35,448 nt of DNA from an uncultured Bacteroidales bacterium. GTDB taxonomy: Bacteria; Bacteroidota; Bacteroidia; Bacteroidales; UBA932. Within the stretch, counting starts at the first letter, position 1; the number at the start of each line of letters is the position of its first letter. The stretch lies in contig CAJOMB010000014.1 in the NCBI GenBank assembly GCA_905235615.1, forward strand, positions 1 through 35,448. Reading direction: 5' to 3'. Positions 26,120-34,363 of the stretch are shown piece after piece. A model generated the notes under the pieces. It was not told the origin of the DNA and did no database searches. It worked only from the letters and a program-made list of their open reading frames with translations. Both the position numbers and the translations under genes were made by a program.

Positions 26120-27565
26120 ATGGCTAAGAAATTCAACCTCAAGTATGGTGTGTTCCTGCCGCTGGTGCTGATCATTACCATTTTCCTTTGGGCCGTTCCC
26201 GTTTCTTTCTATGGCATCGAGGCCCTGACCGTGGTGCAGCAGCGCGTGATTGCGCTGTTCGTCTTCGCTGCTCTCATGTGGATTTTCGAAATCATTCCCA
26301 ACTGGTCCACCTCCCTGCTGGTCATCGTGATTTCCCTTCTGACCATCTCCAACAAAGGTATCGGCATTTTCTGCGATCCGCAGTACGGTACGCTGGTCCC
26401 TTATGCCCGTATCATGAGCTCCATGGCGGACCCTGTGGTGATGCTCTTTCTGGGCGGCTTCGTGCTGGCTATTATGGCAGAGAAATACGGATTGGACGTA
26501 ACCCTGGCCCGTGCCCTGCTGAAGCTCTTCGGCACCAAGCCGGAGATTGTGCTGCTGGGCTTCCTCATCATGATTTCCGTTTTCTCCATGTTCATGTCCA
26601 ACACGGCTACCGCCGCCATGATGCTGGCCCTGCTCACCCCGGTGCTTTCCAAGCTTCCGGCCGATGACAAGGGTAAGATCGGCCTGGCCCTGTCCATCCC
26701 TGTGGCGGCCAACCTGGGCGGTATCGGTACGCCTATCGGCACCCCGCCCAATGCTACGGCCAAGGGTGCCCTGGAGCAGGCGGGTATTGACGTGAGCTTC
26801 GGCGAATGGTGCGTCCACATGATTCCCTATGTGGTTGTCATGATTCTGATTGCCTGGGTGCTGCTGCGCGTGATGTTCCCCTTCAAGACCAAGAAACTGG
26901 TTTTGGAAATCCCGGAGAGCATGGTGAAGAAAGACTGGAAACTGTATGTGGTGTGGATTACCTTCGTGGGTACCATCCTTCTGTGGGCCACGGAGCAGAT
27001 AACCCATATCAACTCCAATATCGTCGCCCTGATTCCACTGGGCGTGTTCACCGCCACGGGCCTGTTCGGCAAGGAAGAGATCAAGGAGATTAACTGGAAT
27101 GTGCTGTGGCTGGTAGCCGGAGGCTTTGCCCTGGGCTATTGCCTGCAGGACACCGGTCTGGCCAAGGTTCTTATCCAGGCCATTCCGTTCGGCAGCATGT
27201 CCGTTGTGCTGGTGCTTGTTATCGCAGGTCTGGTTTGCTACTTGCTTTCCAACTTCATTTCCAACTCCGCCACGGCAGCCCTGCTCATTCCTATCCTGAT
27301 TGTGGTTGCCAACGGTATGGCCGACCCCGCCGCCGCCAACAACGCCGAGTTCCTGGCCATGGGCGGAACTTCTGCCATGATTATCTTCGTCGCGGTGTGC
27401 GCCTCCATCGCCATGCTGTTCCCCATTTCCACGCCTCCGAATGCCATTGCATCCGCTACCGGCATGGTGGAGACCAAGGATATGACCAAGGTGGGTCTTG
27501 TCATCGGCTTTATCGGCTTCGTGCTGGGTTATTTCTGGCTTACGAAACTATTCCCATTTGCTTGA
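26120..27565 (+). CDS. SLC13/DASS family sodium:di/tricarboxylate or sulfate symporter
   Basis: Many TM helices; LFLGGFVLA, MSNTATA, PIGTPPNA, ISNSATA, PISTPPNAIA. Confidence 0.93.
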   Translation: MAKKFNLKYGVFLPLVLIITIFLWAVPVSFYGIEALTVVQQRVIALFVFAALMWIFEIIPNWSTSLLVIVISLLTISNKGIGIFCDPQYGTLVPYARIMSSMADPVVMLFLGGFVLAIMAEKYGLDVTLARALLKLFGTKPEIVLLGFLIMISVFSMFMSNTATAAMMLALLTPVLSKLPADDKGKIGLALSIPVAANLGGIGTPIGTPPNATAKGALEQAGIDVSFGEWCVHMIPYVVVMILIAWVLLRVMFPFKTKKLVLEIPESMVKKDWKLYVVWITFVGTILLWATEQITHINSNIVALIPLGVFTATGLFGKEEIKEINWNVLWLVAGGFALGYCLQDTGLAKVLIQAIPFGSMSVVLVLVIAGLVCYLLSNFISNSATAALLIPILIVVANGMADPAAANNAEFLAMGGTSAMIIFVAVCASIAMLFPISTPPNAIASATGMVETKDMTKVGLVIGFIGFVLGYFWLTKLFPFA

Positions 27566-27585
27566 TCGGGCATCCCGGATAACTT

Positions 27586-28872
27586 ATGAAAAAGACAATC
27601 ATCATATCATTGGCAGCGCTGCTCACCGGCAGCGCCGCTTTTGCGCAGGCCCCCGAGGAAAAGCCCGCGCATTTCAAGCTGTACGGTTTCATCCGTAACT
27701 ACATCGTGGCCGATTCCCGCGCCGTGAACGCCGGAACCGAAGACCTCTATTTCTATATGCCCAAGGGCAGGGACATGAAGGACGGCTTCGATGCCAATGC
27801 CGGTTTCAACTGGCGCTTCGTGTCTCTTACCACCCGCTTAGGCTTGGACGTGTCCGGTTACAAGTGGGGGACCATGGGCGTTTCCGGCAAGGTGGAGGCG
27901 GACTTCTACTGCGTCAGCGGCACTACGCCCATCCTGCGTCTGCGTCAGGCTTTCATGAAACTGAACTGGGACAACTGCCCCGTAAGCCTTACCATCGGCC
28001 AGGCCTGGCATCCCATGGCGGCCGACATGCCCCACATGACCAACTTGGAGACAGGCGCCCCCTTCAATCCCTTCAACCGCAGTCCCCAACTCACGGCCGA
28101 TGTGAACCTGGGTTCCGGCTTCAGCTTCACTGCCAGCCTCCTGTACCTGAACCATTATCTGCCCACCGGCCCCGCCGGCAAGAGCAAGGACTACTACAAA
28201 TACGGCCTTCCGGAGTTCTATCTGGGCTTCAACTACAAGAGTGCCAAGTTCCTGGGCCGCATCGGCCTGGATATGGTGAATATCCGGCCCTATCGCACCA
28301 TTACGGACTGGCGTGTACAGGATGGCGGAGGCAAGACCATCGAAGTGAAGAGCCTCCTCACCACCTTCTCCCCCTACGTGTTCTTCCAGTACACCAACGG
28401 CCTGTTCCAGCTGCGTGCCAAGAGCATCCTGGCCCAGGCCGGAGAGCACCTGAACCTCCTCAGCGGTTACGGCGTGCATTCCTTCAACGATGACGGAACC
28501 ATTGAATATACTCCCATGCAGGACTGGTCCTCCTTCGTAAGCTTCTCTTACGGAAAGAAGTTCCAGGTGATGGCCATGCTGGGCTACATGCAGCAGCTGG
28601 GAACCACCAAGGAGCTGGCCGACAACCACCTGTGGATGAACAATTCAGCCGACGAGCGCATCCAGCGGGCCTTCCGTGCCACCCCTACCGTGGCCTGGAA
28701 CCTGGGCAAGTTCACCGTCTCCTTGGAGTACAACCTCACCGCCGCCCGCTTTGGCTGTGACGGCCCCCGGGATTCCCGCGGCATGCTGGACGTGCCTGCT
28801 CCCGGCCTGACCGGTGCCCCCGAGTGGATCCTGAACCACCGTTTCATCTGCATGACCAAGTTCAACTTCTAA
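27586..28872 (+). CDS. DcaP-like outer membrane porin
   Basis: Signal peptide; FKLYGFIR, TRLGLDV, VEADF, LRLRQAF, GQAWHPM, RSPQ pattern of DcaP-like barrels; terminal Phe (KFNF) beta-signal. Confidence 0.75.
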   Translation: MKKTIIISLAALLTGSAAFAQAPEEKPAHFKLYGFIRNYIVADSRAVNAGTEDLYFYMPKGRDMKDGFDANAGFNWRFVSLTTRLGLDVSGYKWGTMGVSGKVEADFYCVSGTTPILRLRQAFMKLNWDNCPVSLTIGQAWHPMAADMPHMTNLETGAPFNPFNRSPQLTADVNLGSGFSFTASLLYLNHYLPTGPAGKSKDYYKYGLPEFYLGFNYKSAKFLGRIGLDMVNIRPYRTITDWRVQDGGGKTIEVKSLLTTFSPYVFFQYTNGLFQLRAKSILAQAGEHLNLLSGYGVHSFNDDGTIEYTPMQDWSSFVSFSYGKKFQVMAMLGYMQQLGTTKELADNHLWMNNSADERIQRAFRATPTVAWNLGKFTVSLEYNLTAARFGCDGPRDSRGMLDVPAPGLTGAPEWILNHRFICMTKFNF

Positions 28873-28878
28873 CAGGCG

Positions 28879-30249
28879 ATGACAATGGGCGCATTTCACG
28901 CATACGACATCCGCGGTATCTGGGGAAAAGACTGGGACCTGGATACGGCTTATCAAGTAGGATATTTCGTTCCCCGGCTTCTGAAGGCCAATAAGGTGCT
29001 TGTGGGCCGCGACTGCCGCGTCTCCTCCGACGAGATTCACGACGCTGTCGTCCGTGGTATCAACGATGCCGGAGCCGATGTGTATGATATCGGCCTCAGT
29101 TCTACGCCGATGGTGTATTTTGGCACCGCCAACTACGGCTTCGACGCTTCCATCCAGATTACGGCCAGCCACAATCCGGCCGAGTACAACGGCATGAAGG
29201 TGTCCACCACCGATGCGCAGGCCGTGGGCTTCGACGCCGGCCTGGGGCGGATCAGGGCCTGGATTGACGAGGGAGAACCCACCCCCGTGGCCGCTAAGCG
29301 CGGTCAGGTGTTCCAAAAGGAGATTATGGCCGATTACCTGCAGTTCATGCGCAAGTTCGTGCAGGACTACAGCGGCCTCACCATCGCCATGGACCTGTCC
29401 AACGGCATGGCCAACCTCTTTGCCAAGGAAATCTTCGGGACCGGCGGCAACATCCACTATCTCTTTGATACCTTAGACGGCCGTTTCCCTAACCACGAGC
29501 CCAATCCCCTCATCGAGAAGAACTGCGTCCCGCTGGAAGAGAAGGTACGCGAGGTCAAGGCCGATGCCGGCGTCATCTACGACGGAGACGCAGACCGCGT
29601 GATGTTTGTGGACGAGAAGGGCCAGTTTATTTCTCCCGACCTGATGATCGCCCTTATGGGGAACTACTTCGTGAAGGAACGCGGCCTCAGGGGCCTGGTG
29701 CTCCAGGACATCCGTTCCTCCAAGGCCGTAGGGGAGTACCTGGCTCCCATGGGCTGCGAGATGCGTACCTGGAAGGTGGGCCGTGCTTTTGCTGCTCAAA
29801 AACTCCGTGAAATGGACGGTGTATGGGGCGGGGAACTGGCCGGTCACTACTATTTCCGCGACTTCTTCTACAGTGACAGCGGCCTGCTGGCCTCCATCAT
29901 CCTCCTGAATATCGTGGCCGGTTTCAAGAAGGAAGGCAAGACGCTTTCCCAGGCCATCGCCGAAATTGTCCGTTACCAGAACTCCGGAGAAATCAACTAC
30001 CGCATAGAGGACAAGAAGGGCGCTATGGACGCTGTGAAAGACTATTTCATGGCCCGGGAGAAGGCTACGGCCTTCATGGACTTCGACGGCTATCGTGTAG
30101 AGTTCCCCGACTGGTGGTTCAACATCCGTCCTTCCAATACGGAACCTTACCTTCGTTTCATCTGCGAAGCCACATCGGCCCGTCTTTTGCAGGAGAAGAT
30201 TGCCCAGACCGACGCTATCCTGGTGAACCAGTTCGGCGGCAAGCGATAA
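28879..30249 (+). CDS. Phosphomannomutase/phosphoglucomutase
   Basis: FHAYDIRG, TASHNP phosphoserine loop, DGDADR metal loop, GELAGH, RPSNTEP. Confidence 0.94.
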   Translation: MTMGAFHAYDIRGIWGKDWDLDTAYQVGYFVPRLLKANKVLVGRDCRVSSDEIHDAVVRGINDAGADVYDIGLSSTPMVYFGTANYGFDASIQITASHNPAEYNGMKVSTTDAQAVGFDAGLGRIRAWIDEGEPTPVAAKRGQVFQKEIMADYLQFMRKFVQDYSGLTIAMDLSNGMANLFAKEIFGTGGNIHYLFDTLDGRFPNHEPNPLIEKNCVPLEEKVREVKADAGVIYDGDADRVMFVDEKGQFISPDLMIALMGNYFVKERGLRGLVLQDIRSSKAVGEYLAPMGCEMRTWKVGRAFAAQKLREMDGVWGGELAGHYYFRDFFYSDSGLLASIILLNIVAGFKKEGKTLSQAIAEIVRYQNSGEINYRIEDKKGAMDAVKDYFMAREKATAFMDFDGYRVEFPDWWFNIRPSNTEPYLRFICEATSARLLQEKIAQTDAILVNQFGGKR

Positions 30250-30252
30250 TCT

Positions 30253-31299
30253 ATGAAGAAAGTACTGACCTTAAGCCTTTTATCCCTTTGTGCATGCCTT
30301 TCCCTGAGGGCGCAGGAAGAGAACAGCCGTGAGGCCGATTCTCTCCGCCATTCCTTCGGAAGACAGGAAGTGAAACCCTCCAACCTGCGTACCACCGCCT
30401 ATGGCGATACGCTGGATACGGGGAATCCGGCCATCAAGGTCGTTCTTTACAGCAACGGCACTTACCGCTATGTGAAGGATCCTGCCCTGCATGCGGCAGA
30501 CACTGTTTTTACGGAGTATTGGGACGAGAAGGCCGTGAATCCCTACCGTGAAGACCCGGACCCTGTTCCGGACCGTTTCTCGCTGTGGGTGGTGGATTCG
30601 TTGGACTCCTATGTATGTCCCCATGTGACGCATCCCCGTTCCCTCTTCGGCTACCGGCATGGCCGCCGGCACCAGGGAATAGACCTTCCTTATCCCACCG
30701 GTACGCCGGTCCCCGCCACGTTTGACGGAAAGGTGAGGATATCGGCCTATGTGGGCGGCTACGGCAATCTGGTGGTCATCCGCCATGCCAACGGCCTGGA
30801 GACCTTCTATGCCCATCTTTCCCGCAGGGACGTGGAGCCCGGAGACTGGGTGAGCGCAGGAGACATCATCGGCCTGGGCGGTTCTACCGGCCGGTCCACC
30901 GGTCCGCACCTGCATTTCGAGACGCGTTACAGAGGCGCCGCCTTCGACCCTTCCTGGCTCATCGACTTTGAGACGGGCACCCTCCGTCACCGCCTGCTGA
31001 AGATTCGCAGCTGGTACTTCAATCCCAACCAGCGCTATGTGCAGAACATCGATGACGAGGATGAAATTTTCCGTACGGATGAAGAAGACCGCATCCTGGC
31101 AGAGGAGCAGGCCAAGAAAGAGGCTGCAGCCCGAGCCGCCGCAGAGGCCGCGGCCATGCGTTACCATACGGTCAGAAGCGGTGATACCCTCTCCGCGATA
31201 GCCCGCCGCTACGGAACCTCCGTGAACCGGATATGCCAGCTCAACGGCATCAACCCGAATACGGTCCTGAGAGTGGGAAGAAGGCTTAGGGTAAAGTAG
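30253..31299 (+). CDS. M23 family peptidoglycan DD-endopeptidase with C-terminal LysM
   Basis: HQGID, YGNLVVIRH, YAHLS, STGPHLHFE; LysM YHTVRSGDTLSAIARRYGTSV. Confidence 0.93.
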   Translation: MKKVLTLSLLSLCACLSLRAQEENSREADSLRHSFGRQEVKPSNLRTTAYGDTLDTGNPAIKVVLYSNGTYRYVKDPALHAADTVFTEYWDEKAVNPYREDPDPVPDRFSLWVVDSLDSYVCPHVTHPRSLFGYRHGRRHQGIDLPYPTGTPVPATFDGKVRISAYVGGYGNLVVIRHANGLETFYAHLSRRDVEPGDWVSAGDIIGLGGSTGRSTGPHLHFETRYRGAAFDPSWLIDFETGTLRHRLLKIRSWYFNPNQRYVQNIDDEDEIFRTDEEDRILAEEQAKKEAAARAAAEAAAMRYHTVRSGDTLSAIARRYGTSVNRICQLNGINPNTVLRVGRRLRVK

Positions 31300-31854
31300 T
31301 TACTTGAGCTTCGAATGATAGTGCGGATGCACTTTTCCTTTGATGATATTCTGCAGTTTGCCGGATATCATCTTTTTTCTGATGGGGGCGGCATGGTCCG
31401 TGAACAGGTCTCCGTCCAAATGGCTCAGCTCGTGCTGGATCATGCGGCAGGCGAAGTTGTCAAACTCCTCGGTCACTTCCTGCAAGTCTTCATTGTAGTA
31501 ACGGAGTTTCATCTTCTTGGGCCGTACCACGTCGCAATACACGCCGGGGATGGACAGGCAGCCCTCGGAGTAGGTGGTCTGCTCCTGGCTCTGCTCCAGC
31601 ACCTCGGGGTTGATGAGGGTGCGGCGGAAACCCTTGAGGTAAGGGTAGGTCTCGGACACCACGTCTCCGTCCACAATCACCACGCGCCGGCTTACGCCAA
31701 TCTGCGGAGCGGCCAGGCCGCAACCGTCGGCCACCACCAGGGTGTCTTTCAAATCCTGCACAAGGGAGGCGATTCCTTCCTTGTCCTTGAGATCGGCCGG
31801 CTGGGCCGTTTCGCGCAGCACCGGTGCGCCGTAGAGGTAGATGGGCTTGATCAT
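31300..31854 (-). CDS. def: Peptide deformylase
   Basis: GCGLAAPQIG, EGCLSIP, QHELSHLDG. Confidence 0.96.
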   Translation of the reverse strand: MIKPIYLYGAPVLRETAQPADLKDKEGIASLVQDLKDTLVVADGCGLAAPQIGVSRRVVIVDGDVVSETYPYLKGFRRTLINPEVLEQSQEQTTYSEGCLSIPGVYCDVVRPKKMKLRYYNEDLQEVTEEFDNFACRMIQHELSHLDGDLFTDHAAPIRKKMISGKLQNIIKGKVHPHYHSKLK

Positions 31855-32342
31855 TTTCTTCTCCTTGTCTTGTTTTGTGAGAGGCTTTCCGGAACGTTCA
31901 GGGGATTCAGTCCTCCCGTTCCCGAAGACCCGCTTTTGCGGTCCAGATAGCTTTGGAGGATAAGGGCGGCCGATATCTTGTCCACCGACCCCTTTTCCTG
32001 CCTCCTGCTTTTTTTCATGCCGCCGTCTATCTGCACCCGTTGGGCCAGTACGGAAGTGAAACGCTCATCTTCCAGTTGCACAGGCACCCCCGGGAAAGCT
32101 TTTTTGAGCCTGGGGAGGAAAGCGTCCACATCGGCCTGGGCCTCGGAGGGTTTTCCGTCCATGTTCACCGGATATCCAACTACAAAAGCCAAGATTGTCT
32201 GATTGGTGGCGTAATTTTTGAGATAATCTATTAACTTTGTAGAATCAATTGTATCCAGGGCAGAGGCAAAGATACCCAGAGGATCGCTGACGGCTACTCC
32301 CGTGCGCTTTCTCCCATAGTCTATGCCGATATATCTGTCCAT
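31851..32342 (-). CDS. ruvX: Holliday junction resolvase-like / pre-16S rRNA nuclease RuvX (YqgF)
   Basis: IGIDYGRKRTGVAVSDP, VVGYP, DERFTS, VDKISAALILQSYL. ATG at 32342; -7 box TACCTTTG at 32352-32359. Confidence 0.94.
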   Translation of the reverse strand: MDRYIGIDYGRKRTGVAVSDPLGIFASALDTIDSTKLIDYLKNYATNQTILAFVVGYPVNMDGKPSEAQADVDAFLPRLKKAFPGVPVQLEDERFTSVLAQRVQIDGGMKKSRRQEKGSVDKISAALILQSYLDRKSGSSGTGGLNPLNVPESLSQNKTRRRK

Positions 32343-32367
32343 TACAATTTGCAAAGGTAAGAATTTT

Positions 32368-33213
32368 ATGGAGAAATCAGATAAAAAACCGTCACGGAAC
32401 TATCGCCTGGCCCTCATCGACGCCGTTTCCCACGAGCGTCTGTGGAGCTTGCGCTTCACCAAGCCCATTTTCATCGGGGCGCTCGTTTCCGGCATAGTGG
32501 TGACGCTGGTGGCCTTTTACTGCCTCATAGCCTATACGCCCATCCGCACCTTCATTCCCGGTTATCCCGGGGCCCAGAGCCGCCGTCAGGCCGTTCAGAA
32601 TGCCCGGAAGATAGACTCCCTGGAAATGCGTCTGCTGCAGTGGGAACTGTACGCGGAGAACCTCCGACGCGTCGTTGCCGGAGAAACGCCCATCCGTTTG
32701 GACAGCGTCGTGCTGGGCCGCGAGGGCAGGCGTTCGGTAACGGATGCGCAGTACTATGCCATCCGGGATTCCCTCCTGAGGGCCGATGTCCAGAACCAGG
32801 AACAGTTCAACGTGGAAGAGGCGCCCAAGGGGAACCTTCCCATCGAGGCGCTGTCCTTCTTCCCGCCCGTCAAGGGTGTGGTGTCCGAGGGCTTCGACCG
32901 TGCGATGCATCCTTATGTGGACATTACGGCACCGGCCGGCAGTTCGGTTTCCGCCGTATTGGACGGCACGGTGGTGTTCACTTTCTGGGATTCGGAAGAA
33001 GGTTATCTGATGGTGCTCCAGCATGCCGGAGACATCCTTTCCGTGTATAAGCACAACCAGAAACTCCTGCATCAGCAGGGGGACGTTGTAAAGGCCGGAA
33101 CACCCATCGGCCTGTTGGCGGAATCTTCTTCCCTTACCAAGGGAAACCATCTTCACTTTGAGCTATGGTGCGAGGGACAGCCCATGGATCCGGTTCAGTT
33201 CATAAAGTTCTAG
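32368..33213 (+). CDS. M23 family metallopeptidase (membrane-anchored)
   Basis: N-terminal TM helix and coiled coil (YTPIRTFIPGYP), HPYVD, SVYKHN, HLHFELW; usual position before dxr. ATG at 32368. Confidence 0.88.
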   Translation: MEKSDKKPSRNYRLALIDAVSHERLWSLRFTKPIFIGALVSGIVVTLVAFYCLIAYTPIRTFIPGYPGAQSRRQAVQNARKIDSLEMRLLQWELYAENLRRVVAGETPIRLDSVVLGREGRRSVTDAQYYAIRDSLLRADVQNQEQFNVEEAPKGNLPIEALSFFPPVKGVVSEGFDRAMHPYVDITAPAGSSVSAVLDGTVVFTFWDSEEGYLMVLQHAGDILSVYKHNQKLLHQQGDVVKAGTPIGLLAESSSLTKGNHLHFELWCEGQPMDPVQFIKF

Positions 33214-33214
33214 G

Positions 33215-34363
33215 ATGAAGAGAATAGCGATATTAGGTTCCACAGGGTCTATCGGAACCCAGACCCTGGATGTGGTGAGACAGCATCCGGAGCGTTTTGA
33301 GGTGGTCATGTTATCGGCCAACAACAGTGCGGAGCAACTTATCGAGCAGGCCCGCGCTTTCCATGTTCCCCATGTGGTCATCTGCAATCCCCGGAAGTTC
33401 CCTCAGGTGAAAGAGGCCCTTCCCGGAGTGGATGTGCAGTTGGGCATCGAGGCGGCCTGCGACCTGGTGCAGGCTCCCGAGGTGGATGTAGTGGTGGCCG
33501 CCATGGTGGGCTTCAGCGGGCTCCGGCCCACGCTCTCCGCCATCCGTGCCGGCAAGACCATCGCCCTCGCCAACAAGGAGACGCTGGTGGCGGCCGGCTC
33601 GTTGGTGATGGGGGAGGCCGCTCGCTTCCATGCACCCATCTATCCGGTGGATTCGGAGCATTCCGCCATCTTCCAATGCCTGTTGGGCGCGGGTGACAAC
33701 CCCGTCCGCCTGATCCATCTCACCGCTTCCGGCGGCCCTTTCCGTACCTGGGAGAAGGAGCGGATTGCATCGGCCACCAAAAACGAGGCGCTGAAGCATC
33801 CCAATTGGGACATGGGGGCCAAGATTACCATTGATTCCGCCACCATGATGAACAAGGGCTTTGAGGTCATCGAGGCCAAGTGGCTCTTCGGGGTGGAGGC
33901 TTCGCAGATTCACGTGGTGGTTCATCCGGAGTCCGTCATCCATTCCATGGTGGAGTTTGAGGACGGAGCGGTGATGGCGCAGCTGGGCTGTCCGGACATG
34001 CACATTCCCATCGCGCTGGCCATGGCCTATCCCACCCGCCTGCCATTGGACGGGAAAAGGCTGGATTTCAGCACCTTGGGCTCCCTCACTTTTGCAGAGC
34101 CGGACTGCAGGAAGTTCCCTTGCCTGCAGCTGGCCTTCGATGCCATCGGCCAGGGCGGAAACATCCCTTGCGCCATGAATGCCGCCAATGAGGTGGCGGT
34201 GGCGGCCTATCTGAAGGACACCATCCGCTTCTATGACATTCCCAGGATGATTTCCTCCGTGATGGAACGGACGGCTTTCGTGAAGAATCCGTCCCTTCAG
34301 GACATTTTTGACACGCATGGGGAGGCCACCTCCCTGACACAACATCTGATATCGGCCCTATGA
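33215..34363 (+). CDS. dxr: 1-deoxy-D-xylulose 5-phosphate reductoisomerase
   Basis: LGSTGSIG, LANKETLV, PVDSEHSAIFQ, TASGGPF, HPNWDMGAKITIDSATMMNKGFE, NAANE. Confidence 0.97.
   Translation: MKRIAILGSTGSIGTQTLDVVRQHPERFEVVMLSANNSAEQLIEQARAFHVPHVVICNPRKFPQVKEALPGVDVQLGIEAACDLVQAPEVDVVVAAMVGFSGLRPTLSAIRAGKTIALANKETLVAAGSLVMGEAARFHAPIYPVDSEHSAIFQCLLGAGDNPVRLIHLTASGGPFRTWEKERIASATKNEALKHPNWDMGAKITIDSATMMNKGFEVIEAKWLFGVEASQIHVVVHPESVIHSMVEFEDGAVMAQLGCPDMHIPIALAMAYPTRLPLDGKRLDFSTLGSLTFAEPDCRKFPCLQLAFDAIGQGGNIPCAMNAANEVAVAAYLKDTIRFYDIPRMISSVMERTAFVKNPSLQDIFDTHGEATSLTQHLISAL

Noticed and set aside
32905-33165. Possibly inactive M23 peptidase (HPYVD instead of HxGxD)
   Set aside because: The HxxxD and HxH zinc ligands are all retained.
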